NCBI GenBank assembly: GCA_000934665.2
Contig: KZ538128.1
Location: 1-64,000, forward strand
Reading direction: 5' to 3'
DNA: 64,000 nt
From: Catajapyx aquilonaris
Lineage: Eukaryota
Shown here in pieces: positions 28,441-40,195 of the stretch. Within the stretch, counting starts at the first letter, position 1. Every line of letters begins with the position of its first letter. The notes beneath the pieces are model-generated. The model worked only from the letters and a program-made list of their open reading frames with translations. It had not been told where the DNA came from and did not search any database. Position numbers and translations under genes: made by a program.

Positions 28441-29212
28441 GTGAGTGTCTGTCCAACCTATTTTGCCTAACAGGTGGGTGTTGCTGTCATTAGTGGTGCG
28501 AGGTGCGTGGGTGTAGACATAGGCCTAGATTAATGGCAAAGATCATTGCGTAAAGAGCATCGTATAGGATGGGATTGAGAGAAGGTGTAGTATCAGGATT
28601 GTCAGAGAAAATGTTGGTTCAAGTGCTGAAACTATGATGACGTAGATGGCTACAAACATTATTTTTTGTTCCTCAAACAAGGAAACCCACACGCAGCACC
28701 TCAAACTGAAATATTTGCACTGCTTCCGAGCGATTTACGTCAGAGTCCACGTCATTACAGGTGGCTTCCTTTTTACATGTTAGACTTGCATTGGTCCAAG
28801 AGATATTAGCTGCTGATAATGCCCTAGCGTTCTGACTCACCTTGTATAACAAAAATAGATATCCATGCTGCTATAAGCTGGAGAACGGCTGCAGCTTATT
28901 ACCATATGGAATTTAGCCCGACCATAGCCACAACTACAAGCGCTATCAGCACAACCTTGAGCATGAAATGTGCTATTGTGCTTGCAATGCTGCTTACAAG
29001 GGTCTCCTTGAAGTCATTCTTTGCAACAAAAATAGTAGTCTACTTTTCTCATGCTACATGCAATGTTGTATGTTGGTTGTTTCCACGATACTTACAGTGT
29101 ACATGTACATGTAAGTCCCCTTTAGGTTCTATAATATTCATGCAATGACTAGCAGATCAAAAACGTATTTTTCTCTGATACACGATCAAGAAAATATTAT
29201 TTGTACAATGTC

Positions 29213-29317
29213 CTATATAGCTCAAAAACATATCTAGACGATTTTGGATTTGATTCAAGTGCACTTGAGTCAAACAAATGCAAAATCGTCTCTATGTTTT
29301 TGAGCGATATATAGTAC
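29213..29317. repeat. palindromic MITE-like repeat family
   Basis: Arms ctatatagctcaaaaacat / atgtttttgagcgatatatag; similar copies at about 57332-57417 and 61335-61386. Confidence 0.65.
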
Positions 29318-29905
29318 ATCCTGCTACCCATACGTGAAAAATTGTTGTATTTTAAATTTTTTGCTCCTTACTTTAAAGTCACATTGTGAGAGAGCGAACT
29401 GAGTGTCGAAACGTCTTTCGTTTTTAATATACTGGATATACAAATTCTGAAATATCAGAAAGAATGGCTCTTCAAAATTATAGTGCCATTGAAGCAGGAT
29501 CATAAAAGCCGTCGTCACTTTCCACATAAAAGGTGCTTTATACGAAGACTTTCCGAGACGATATTGTACGGTGTTTTCAAAATCAAATCAGAGATTCTCC
29601 AAGCCTGCATTCGGATTCGTCACAACTTCGCTAACTGATGATATTCCTATAACATTTAAAGAGTCGGTCATCCAAAAACATTTTAAGGGGCTGTTACTTT
29701 GCTATGGAAGTCTACTGGGTGGAAGTAATGGCGAGAACCAATCATGCAAGGGAATGCCAGAGTGTTGAGATTGGTTCAGGCAGTAACTATGAGGATACGC
29801 TCAGCTGAATACGTGGAGTTGATTCCCTAGGCCTATTTGGCCTGATATATGGCATATACCTATTTAGCTTGCAAATGAATATAGTAGTGTAACCAAAGTG
29901 TAACA

Positions 29906-30275
29906 TAGTGAGGCCTCGTTATCTGCCGGTAATTGATTCCAACCCCCCTCACCTGCGGATAATACCTAACTATATGTATAATGTACAGTACCTGTGTACG
30001 TTTTTAAAACATATATCCACCAGTAGTGGGAGTAGTGGCTATATAATTATATAATATAACATACGTACTTACCTATGATAAGTTTAATTTTCTAATTATA
30101 TAGGCTTCATTAAGACATGTTGTACAAAAACAATTAACTCAAAAATAAAATAGGAGAGTTACAACACAGTGTTCTACATTTTTAAAAAATTGTGACATAT
30201 TTTTTAAAAATTTAATGTGTTTTTTCAATTTTCAAACCGCGGATAACGAACCCGTGGATATATGGGGGCACACTG
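29906..30275. mobile_element. pogo/Tigger-type MITE, degraded
   Basis: Shares ttatc..cggtaattg, atgataagtttaatt and aaacc.cggataacga with 11931-12369. Confidence 0.6.
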
Positions 30276-31700
30276 TAAAAATATTATATAATATTTTTCC
30301 TGTCCTCAAAGATGACCACATTCAAGTCTCAATATTCCAATACAGTAGTCTATTATATTTCACATCAAATCCATCGCATTGATTTAAACAGTTTTATATC
30401 AGTATACAACGCGTTGAAATATAACAAATATTTAACGTTCCATGGGCCTCATGAGCAAATTGGTTGCCAGCAGAGTAATCTTGTGCCGCTGCATTGCATC
30501 TAGAGCTATTGGTTAAGTGCCCAGCATAATCGGGAATGAAACCCTCTTGTGAGGAAATTGCACAATTGGAACGCGATGTGTCACAAGCAACGGAAGCTCT
30601 CCTCTCCATTAACCTAATCGCTAACGCGTTTAGGCGAATTGTGATAATCTAATTACTCCGTCAGAGCCGGAAACGTCAACTACCGTACATGAATGCTGCT
30701 GAAACAACTTTGGTGGATGTTTCCCCCCTCCTCACCCTTTGAATACCTAAGTAAACGGCATAAACTAACATTTGTAATAGTTCTAAACAGACGAGCAATA
30801 TAATTAACTTGTAAATAATTCCTCCAATAATTGTCTCCCAACCTTCCCCAAACTAACGTTTCACGTCAAAGCCACCTTTCGGAAAGTGCTCCAGGCATAA
30901 CTTTGCATCAAAGCACTCTTCTTCCCACTCTTTGTAGCCAAGTGTATTCTTCTAGTCGCAAGCTCACAATCTCCAGCATTTGCAAATCTCACGCGTATAA
31001 ATCCCCGAGGGTAACTCTAAAATGACTCTCAAAGAAGTTTTCGCGTAGTGCAGTATATACAGGCGTATTGCAAGTAAAAAGACCACTTTGCTCTTTCCCA
31101 GAGTGCGTCTTCGGGCGCATCAATATTTCTAGTTGAGCGAATCTCCAGAGTTGGCGAACCTTATTCCGAAGGATTTTAACGATTTTCTTTCGCTTTGATG
31201 CCGATACGCTACATGTATATACCGTATATAAAAGTTTCGGCCAATGTTATCATGGCGCTCAACAACCGACAGCACTCTAGCAATATGAAACGTAGTAAAA
31301 ATAGTCACCTTGCTAGATTGCTGATTGGTTCTCGTATAGCGCTAGGATACGTTTCACCGAAGCTGTTTTGGGTAGAGTAGCCTATACCATTCAAACTGTC
31401 GACCACAGCGATACGGGTGTTATGAGTTTACGACCAATGAATACTGGCATTTCTAATCTCTCGCAAATGTGGTTACTTGGTGAATTTCATTTTTCTGATT
31501 AATGCGGGAAATAAAATAGATCGCCTTCTGACAGTTATACCTGAAGTGGAGTAGTGGGAATTGAAAATATGCTCCTCAATAAATTACTTGGACATTTCAA
31601 AATATGACTTATCAACTCCAATATTAAAGGTGGCCAGCTTTCCGTCCGGTCCAGTTCATTCAGCTTTTCACCACCACGTGGCGCAAGTGAAAAGGAATAG

Positions 31701-31770
31701 CATCATCCTGCATTCCATACTACCCGGCGAACAACCATGTTCGCCGGGTAGTATGGAATGCAGGATGATG
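31701..31770. repeat. perfect 70-bp hairpin
   Basis: 33-bp perfect inverted arms with a 4-nt loop (acca). Confidence 0.9.
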
Positions 31771-32593
31771 GAATGCAGGATGAATCGGTATCCGGAGTTT
31801 TCCGCGATACCGTGACAATTTCGCCCCCGGCAGTTCCGCTGGTGACGCCCGGGGAATCGTGTGGAATGCTGCTCCTATTGACATTAAGATCGCTTTACAT
31901 TACTTCCTGCTGAATTACCATCAGCGTTTAGCCTGATCTAGGAATGTCGTCATATTCCACCATAGGTCTTCTGCTCGTACTTGGACTGTTCGTACCCATA
32001 GTCTTCAGCTTGTACTTCAAAGGACGTAACACTGAACGGGCAATCAGTGTAAACACAACACTCAACAACAAATAGGACACACTCCACTCCAACACTAAGA
32101 GTGTCCTTCTTTCCTCCACGGACTTGGAACCCATAGTTGAGAGCGAATACACATGCAACGGTAGTAAATGCGTTATGCAACCAAAATCGTCTCAAATTGG
32201 TGGGGTTTGCAAATCCCCAAACCAACAATCCTCCAAAACGTATCCTCCCCGGCCTTGGGAGATACGTAAGCAAGGACGCGTCCGTCCAGGAGGAGGCCGG
32301 TATGACAGGGCTTCCAATGGGCCAGTTGCCTCTTTTCCAGACAAGCTGGATGGGAACCGGTAATGAGTCCGGCGGGGGTTAATCAAACTATAAAGGTGTG
32401 TGTAGCAAGGTACACACCAATGTAGTGAATGCCCGTACTGTACATACTGTATAACATAAATGGCCACAGGCTCCTTAAGAGTGGTAGGATCTCCTTGGGT
32501 ATGATGAAGTCGTCGTAAGTCCTCCCCAGCAATCTCGCTCTTGGTTTCAACAGAAATCCAATGCAGGGGAATTGTTCGGGACTTCGGGTTACA

Positions 32594-35500
32594 TCATGTC
32601 AATTCCCAGAGGTCTGCTGTTTTCTGCTTGGAGTCCAGTCGCTCTTTCCGCAGTATTTGTTGTTCTTTTTTTGATTTTTTGCACCCTGTATGACCTCTCC
32701 TATTGTGACCCTCATCGCCTTCTTCCGCCTCAAATTGTTGGGGTTGTCCTCTCTTTCTCATTTGCCTGGTTTCAATAATTCCCTGCTCCCAGTACTCTTC
32801 ATCAGTCTTCTGATAGGAATTTCTCTTGGGGGCATACTGCTCCAGGTATTCCAGCCTTTTTGTCCTCCTAAGGACATCCTCGGCTGCATTCCACCTATTA
32901 GTTGATCTGTATTCAATTTTCAGCACATCATTTTTCTTCTCCAATGCTAGGGAATGATAAAGAACTCGGCTGCACTGCAATGCCGGGTCCAACCCAGGGA
33001 CGGGGGTGGGATATTCTCCCAAGCACCCCGTCCGACCAAGGAATGCGAGTCAGGTCCGAGGACCGCTCGAGTAGGAGAGTACTCGCGCTGGCGAACCAGC
33101 CGGGACCTCCATTGGGATATTCTCCCAATATCAGTAATATATGTGTATACTTCACACGTCCCCTTCCAGGGTGCCAACAGCACTTGTGACCAAATGCGCC
33201 ATTTCTGCCATGTATGAGGTGAGCTAAACTATGTAACATGCAATGTAATAATTATACTGTACAATAGAACAGTATCATATTTTGTGCGGCTAATTATTAT
33301 CATAGCACCACAATCTCCCATTACGTTGCAGTGTTCCACATACCTTGAGAAGAAAAACGGCTGATATTTCCAAAATTTTCAATTAGTTCTCCTAGATGAC
33401 TGCCGACGATATGAATGTGTGGAGTCACCCGGGCCTTTCCGTATCCCTGTCGGATATCGCCCAGTGCCACAAACTGTTCTACCCAGTGCAGTGTCTCCCT
33501 GCCAGTGCAGTTGCTCCTGCCGATGCTCCAGCAATGACATCGTACAGTTGCCCAAAGTCCTGTCATCAAGAAGATGAAAAGATTAATAATAAAACAAATG
33601 ATAGGATTATGTTGCTTATTAACTGCTCTTTTTATCACACACTTCTTGCCTTCTACCTGCCTCAACGTTTGTGCGACACAGAATCTAGGGAAAAGTTGAA
33701 GAATTGACTAGGATAAGGGCTCATTCACACATTCTCAAATGTTACTAGCAGCGGTTTTTTTTTATCCACCTCGTGCAATTTTAAGGCAAGAGGTATTTAA
33801 GGCTCTTATGACATCAGGAGGTGAAGAAAAACATGTGCCAATGATGCAGTGAGATAGCAGCCATAGCTTTCAAGGGAAAAATATCATGATCTTTCAATAA
33901 CTGTGACACATGAACCTTTATCCAAGAATGGCCAAATACATGGTCTTATTTATTGGGCAACATGGGACCTTCTCCACAGTAATATGCAAAAGTTGTGTCT
34001 GTTTTGTTTTGTACTCTTTGATGAAGGACTTTTCACCTGTGCACTTGAGCCATTATCCAAAATCCTCCCCATGCCTGACTATTCGTTTGGGCAGTATTTT
34101 CTTGTGACTACTGCAGGTATCTTTTCACCTTCAGTGGTCACATATACAAGAGTCCTTACCAAAACAACTGACTTCCACCAAAAAAACACAACAATGTGAC
34201 ACCTTTTCCAACGCCAACTCCAATTTTCAAATATGCACCTTGAGACCAATAACAATTCAGGTATCATAGACACACAATTGAGAATGTTAGTTTAACCATC
34301 CCATTCCCACCGATGCACACATACATGGTGTAATGTCATATTCACTATGTTGTAATCTAGGGAGTATGTGTCCCACAAGTTTGTCAGTTACTGTGATACA
34401 TTTTATTCTGGTCGCTTACCTTCCAGAGGGTGATGACTCCCTCGCTTGTGCTATCGGATATGATGCCTGGAAGGTGGCTTGGTAACTTATCCAGCAGTGT
34501 GTCACAGTCCTTTCCTGTAGGTGAAAAATAAATTTGAGTTCACATGCTCCACAAAAGACTTTCAACACCATCTCAAAGTTTCTTACCTGACAACGTGCTC
34601 CACTCTGTTTTGCCCTTCTGCCCAGAAGTGGTAAAAAATCTGATGTGGATGCCACATTTTCCAATAGCACCAGCAAGTTTCTGTAGTACTGTTTCATCCA
34701 CTGGAGAAGAGTCCTCACTTCATTGTGCTTGTCCATTTCTTCGCATTCAAAGGCAAGGTTCTCTAGCAGACGGTCCACGATCCTCATCTTCATGTGGAGT
34801 GTGTCCGCCACAATAGCCTGCGGCTCCACATGGAAAATTGGCAAATGTTTCACACCAGACGTCTCAGTTACATAGTCATTTTTCATATTGGAGAGATTTC
34901 TTTTGTGCGGAACAGTCGCACTTGGGCAGGTCATTCACAGGCAATCACTTGTCACAGTACAGTACTCGTACATACACGGATGCTTGCTATTGGCACTTTT
35001 TAAACCAGCCACAATCAGGAGAAATTTCATGTCCCCTCCGAGTACTATTTTCATCTTCACAAACCGGTCGACAGGATTCCTTAACCAAACTCCTCCATCT
35101 GCAATTATTTTGTTCACTTCTTCTGCCAATAAAGTGGTGGCTTCTTTCACTGCTGCATAATTTTCACTGTGTTCCATGATCATGGTGGTTTTATGTGTTT
35201 TCACAGATTGCATGTTTGTTGAGCCGTCTAAAACAAAATTCACTGCTGTCCAGTTCAGTCCATAGCTGTTCATTCTGATACCATCACCTTCTAGTTTCAG
35301 AGTAATGGTTTCTTCCCTTCCGACCATGTTTTTGTGGCCACATAGCTCTTCCACCGAATCGACAACAATCTTCATCACTGAATCTACAGTTTCTCCTGCA
35401 ACTCTGTCCTTTAACAATGAGATATTATATTGCTGGTCCACATATTCCTGACAAGATTGCAGCAAGGACCACTTTGGAATTTGTGACATGGTGCTCAAGG

Positions 35501-36737
35501 ATTTCCAGGCATTTTGGCTTATGTGGCAGCTTTGTTAAATGTGCATGAAGATGAAAACTAGATTCTTTTGATTGAGCGTCAACATGGCAAAATCAGAGGT
35601 TCCTGATATGTACAAATTGGGCTTCCCCTTAGAAACGGTCCCCTTTGCTGGGTTTAGAGCATAAGTACGTATCATTTCCCCCTATGGATATGATAATCTC
35701 CCGCAAGTCTATGCCAAATGAGTCAAGAAAATAAAGGCACGTGTCTGTCATTGTCATCACTTCCTTCAGCTTCAAATATCTCTGTCTTGCCTAATTCTCC
35801 TACTTTTTTCCTCTGTTCAGCAAGGAAAAGTCGCTGCCGGGGCCAGGCAGCCCCAATTTCTCAACTGTAAGGTTCAGTTCCTTGTTTCTTGCCTTAAGGG
35901 CTTCCTTCTCCTTCACAGTTTTGTCAAGGGTTTCAATAAGTGTTGCGATGTTGGGGTCTTGTAGTGCTACTGTCAGGCTGCCTGCACTAACACATGAAAC
36001 CTTTGCTGTTGTGCTTCTACAATACCCTACAAAAGAGTACTCCTTCTCTAGGAACGAATATTTCCCCTTCCCTGATTTCTTCTTATACAGGGTGTATCTG
36101 AACTCAGTGCCCCGACGTATATGACTGCCTTCCTAGCCACCAGAGGATCGATTTAAGTATAGGAGTCATATGTGTGGGCAGCCTCATTACTGAGATACAC
36201 TCTTTAGCGATTTTTGCCTAATCGCTCCTTCTGACTTTTAAATAGAATTTTCTGGTGTAACTAGCCAAAGAGGCCTTACCACCTGTGGGCAACAAACCAA
36301 CAAAGTCCCGCCCCCAGACCTTCCAGAGCCTTCTGACTGGGGGAGGGTCCGATGGGTGGCCTAACCGACAGGATATTTTGTACTACATGTTTGCGGCCAA
36401 TTATCTCCGTAATGAGGCTGTCCAGACATATGACTCCTATACTTAAATCGATCCTCTGGTGGCTAGGAAGCCAGTCATATACGTCGGGGCACTGAGTTCA
36501 GATACACCCTGTATATTTGCTCTTGGCGATGTTGGCATTCATTTGGATTGTGGTTTTCATGGCGTCAGAAAATGTTATGTTCAGGAGGCTGTTCAATGCT
36601 TCATCAATAGCAAAGCTTTTGCGCCTGCAGGCATTTTCAAGCTGTAGCAATGTCCTACACTTCATTTACACTTTTGCCTCACCTTCAACTATGGTTAGGG
36701 ATATCTCTTCTTTTATTGAGGAAAGTTCTCCCTCCAT
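32594..36737 (-). pseudogene. decayed, spliced RAG1/Transib/Chapaev-type DDE transposase
   Basis: Motifs in order: LKLEGDG (D 35283-5), SENY, GGDMKFL (D 35031-3), GLKSANSKHPC..YC, DTLHMKMRIVDRLL, EWSTLSG|KDCDTLL..TLWK|DFGQLY, VTPHIHIVGSH, FSSQ|ALEKKND (E 32939-41). GT-AG introns 34586-34515, 34419-33560, 33343-32947. Contains stops, frameshifts and a MITE insertion. Confidence 0.85.
36088..36511. mobile_element. Tc1/mariner-type MITE inserted in the transposase ORF
   Basis: About 85-bp TIRs beginning CAGGGTGTATCTGAACTCAG; TA TSD. Confidence 0.9.
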
Positions 36738-36767
36738 GATGTGAGCAACCACTAAACTTCACTGATT

Positions 36768-37236
36768 TTAAGGGCAAGCCTGTCTAGCAATTATTAGATG
36801 GAGGCACTCATGATGGATGCACTTGGCACCGACATTTCCCACACTGCTGTCCTTCTTGAAAACTTTCCTGGCAACCCGCACTCCACTTTTCATCTTCAAA
36901 GGAAAGTTCACCTTCCTACCGTCCCCAAGTGAATTGAACACAGTAAACCACTTCTCGGGAAGCTGTAGGTCTTCGAAGTCTTCTCCTTCATAGAGGCGCC
37001 AGCCCTTCCCAATTGGCTGGCCTCTGCTACCAAAGAGAATCATCAAGACATCCTGGCGGAGACTTGCCCTGATGGCCCCTCTATCTTGCTTGTGACTTCT
37101 GAGTCAGGCCTTCTATCACCAGGTTTAAGAACACCTCCACTCCTTCATCCAGCAGCTCCCGGCTCACGTTTGGGTACAAGTTACTCTTCTTCGCCGTGGT
37201 GACTCTCTGGTTCCATTTGACGAGGTACTTCTTTCC
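36768..37236 (-). pseudogene. chromodomain-like accessory ORF remnant adjacent to the transposase
   Basis: After acceptor ctcaacag: GKKYLVKW..., then a stop/frameshift, then RQDVLMILF...GDGRKVNFPLKMK; YLVKW is the chromodomain core motif. Confidence 0.5.
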
Positions 37237-37432
37237 CTGTTGAGCAATTACATAATGAAATTTTTCATAATAATGGAAAGTGGTGGATTGTTTAGAAATG
37301 AAAGTAGAGCTCGTGTCAGTGCTGGAAAAATGTGGAGGCTAATTCTGCTGCGCAAGATTGTTACAACAAAGAGAGTGAAAAATCCTATTTCTTTTCTTCT
37401 CAGTAGCCTACCAGTAATAATATGTAACTCAA

Positions 37433-37836
37433 AAGGGAAGTGTAAGTGTTGTCAGTGGAGTTGCTGAATGAAACTTGCCACAATATTATAGGCAAGTAAG
37501 TTATTAAACAAAATGCAGAGGTCAACTCTTATATGCCGAAAACTCACCGATTTTCTTGAAATTCGGTGCATTGGTAGCCCCAAAAAAGGGGTCACCAGGT
37601 TATTTTGAGCAGGTCACTTTAGGTTTTTCATCCCTTGGGGTGGCCTACCAATGTACCGAATTTCAAGAAAATCGGCGAGACCTTGGAAAGTGTCCCTTGT
37701 GAGTTCAAGAGGTCATAACTTTTGACCTTGTGGGCATCCGCCTAAATTGTTTGCATTTTCTTTAATAACTTACCTGCCTATATTATTGTGCCAAGTTTCA
37801 TTCAGCAACTCCACAGACAACACTTCCACTTCCCTT
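37433..37836. mobile_element. foldback/palindromic MITE
   Basis: Outer inverted arms of about 85 bp plus inner arms ctcaccgattttcttgaaattcggt / accgaatttcaagaaaatcggcgag. Confidence 0.75.
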
Positions 37837-38017
37837 GTCATAAAAGAGTCCTCCCATTGGGCATCTGGCCCTCACGGGACGAAAAGCTGGCCACGAACAA
37901 CAGTGTATTGCGTACCAGCTCTTACATTTACTGCTATAGTCCTTGAACAACATGATTTTACCCAAACATCCTGCTGTGTAACCGCGTGCCACACTCCAAA
38001 CTAGCCCATTATTATTT

Positions 38018-38269
38018 GAGGGGTGTGGTGGAAAAAGGCGATAACCCACAAAAGTGTAATTTTTCAGGAGAGCGAATTCAAGTTTGCACTCTCTTCACAA
38101 ATCATAGGGAATGCTGGTTTTGATCTAGACCGTGTTGCCGTCTCGTGCATGATACGTGAACTTGGAGTATACCAAACTGTTTGTCATGTCTTTTACATAG
38201 TTGAGCCTAGGTGTTTAGGTCAAAAATGACAAAATTGTCAGCTTATCACCTTTTTCCACCACACCTCTC
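38018..38269 (+). mobile_element. Sola-like MITE, copy 1
   Basis: GAG...CTC termini; TIR ggtgtggtggaaaaagg; 4-bp TSD ATTT. Confidence 0.8.
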
Positions 38270-39718
38270 ATTTTAGACTGTTCGTATAGTCCCTTCTCCG
38301 GAAAAGAACACCACTGGTCTGCCACTGGTGTATTGTAGTAGGCTTGGTAGTAGGCCTATTGCTATTATGCCGAAGCTCTTTGTAAAATAATTTATGTAGG
38401 ATACTTTTATTAGTCCTAATAACATTGAATGTGCTCTAATATAGGGGAAACATCACAGGATACCATCTTGTATAGCCTCTACTTATACAGTAAATCCAAA
38501 TGAGTTTCGATTTTTTTGTTTGAAAAAAAGGATTCCATTTTAGAGGCGACAGGTAATTACAAATTTTGACCTAAGACATTAACCTTATCTGCTCTACTCC
38601 AAGACACTGCGTCCAATTTATGGCTTGTTTGGACTTAGCCGGTCCCTGAGAGCCCTCTCGAGAACATTATTTTCGACCGGATGGGCCGGGATGGGCTCAT
38701 ATGCAATTTAGGCTCCTGTAAAAGATATAGTATGAGGCAGCATAAATGAATATGCACACACCAGTGTATTCAGTATAACAGCAACAGCCAAGGAGGGCAA
38801 CATAATGTATAACTTAATAATTATAATTACATTGATCCCATATAATCCATGAGTAGGGCTATATTGCTAAGCGTCTCCCTAAATCGAAACTAATTCGCCG
38901 ATAAGTATCTCAAGTGACTTTCGTATGAGCTATTTAAGCCCTTCCTTATATACCGGTAATTGCGCATATCGGAAAGAATTGGTATCGCCTACTTCCATGA
39001 ATATAATAGCCTATTCGTAAGCCCTATAATGGGGCCCTACTGGCTTCGGAAATATCTACGCTTCCATCGATACCAATATTATTAAGGTATATCCTTAAAA
39101 TGTTGACATTAACTTCCCGAAGACCGACAAATGTAACTCAAGAAATGTGACTCAGTTTTCGTTGAGCACAAAAATGACGGATCCTCTTTCCGCCGATAAA
39201 TATGGCTTTGCATAGCTGTCCCATTCTCCCCATTGCAACCTGCACACCTGCGTTCCAATTTTTTTAATCCGCCTAGGGGCAATCCTGGGGGAGAAATTTA
39301 ACCCCACAAAGCCGAAAAGCGTGACTTTATTCTACCTGTTCCCTGTCGTTTGATAGACCAGACGAGGCGACACTCACGTACAGTAATTACCCAAAATAAC
39401 GGAGATTAGTGAAAGTTAATTACAATTTGTAATAATCTTAATATATGATTTCGACAATTTTAGACAGGTTGGATGTTCTATTTTATATCTCGAGAGTCCT
39501 TTGCCAGATCGAAATAATAAATTCTGATATACTTCACGAAAGAGTTGGCTTGACTGCACATCGTTTCTGGTATTTTATGTTTCTTATCTCTTATTTACCA
39601 ACAATAGGTTTTCTGGTATTGTACTGTACTTCATAAGTGAGTAATTTACTGTGGTTTCTAACTTTAAAAAGAGTGGCCTAACATTACTTATAAGTACAAT
39701 TTCTTTTCAAATCTTCAG

Positions 39719-40195
39719 ACTGAAGACTACCACTACCTAATCCGACCTCGAAAACGGAAATGCAGCTCAGCATGGTTCAAGGTAGGACTGGTGGTCGGGG
39801 CCAATCTTCTGATCTGGGGTGTCGTGGCCATTCTGGTAGGCTACGTAGTACCACGCCGACAAGTGGTGGTAGGCTACGACCACGACCTGGAGATCATAGA
39901 CCGGACCGCCCTGAAGTTCAACACTGATCTGGAGCTGTGCAAGTTGGCTGGCCTCATCCTCTTTTGCGTCGGAGGGATGGTCACCGTAGTCACCCTTCTA
40001 TTTCCAACCTTCCTCTACAGCTACTGCGACGACTCGGTCACCGTCGAGCCGTTTCGAGTCAGCATCAAGGAAGAGTTCGTGCCACGGAGTCCTACCGACA
40101 AGAAGATACCGGTCACTGAACAGATCAAGACTGTTCAGCCCGTTTGGGAAAAGAGTAGCCTGGCTACTAAAAAAGGCCTGGTTTCGTTTCCTTAA
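39719..40195 (+). CDS. NRSN1: Neurensin-1-like, last coding exon (two TM segments); protein about 272 aa in total
   Basis: Acceptor ttcttttcaaatcttcag, phase 0; TEDYHY...WFKVGLVVG..GYVVP...A.KFN..L..CKLAGLILFCVGG matches the neurensin TM region; TAA at 40193-5; AATAAA at about 40349. Confidence 0.9.
   Translation, partial: TEDYHYLIRPRKRKCSSAWFKVGLVVGANLLIWGVVAILVGYVVPRRQVVVGYDHDLEIIDRTALKFNTDLELCKLAGLILFCVGGMVTVVTLLFPTFLYSYCDDSVTVEPFRVSIKEEFVPRSPTDKKIPVTEQIKTVQPVWEKSSLATKKGLVSFP

Noticed and set aside
31930..32590. RAG2-like kelch/PHD gene
   Set aside because: No kelch GG/W periodicity or PHD Cys/His pattern in the frames I translated
37479..37790. CACAAT...ATTGTG as Transib/RSS-like TIRs of the RAG1-like element
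   Set aside because: The inverted repeat extends about 45 bp further outward and both arms lie on one side of the transposase, so it is a separate foldback MITE
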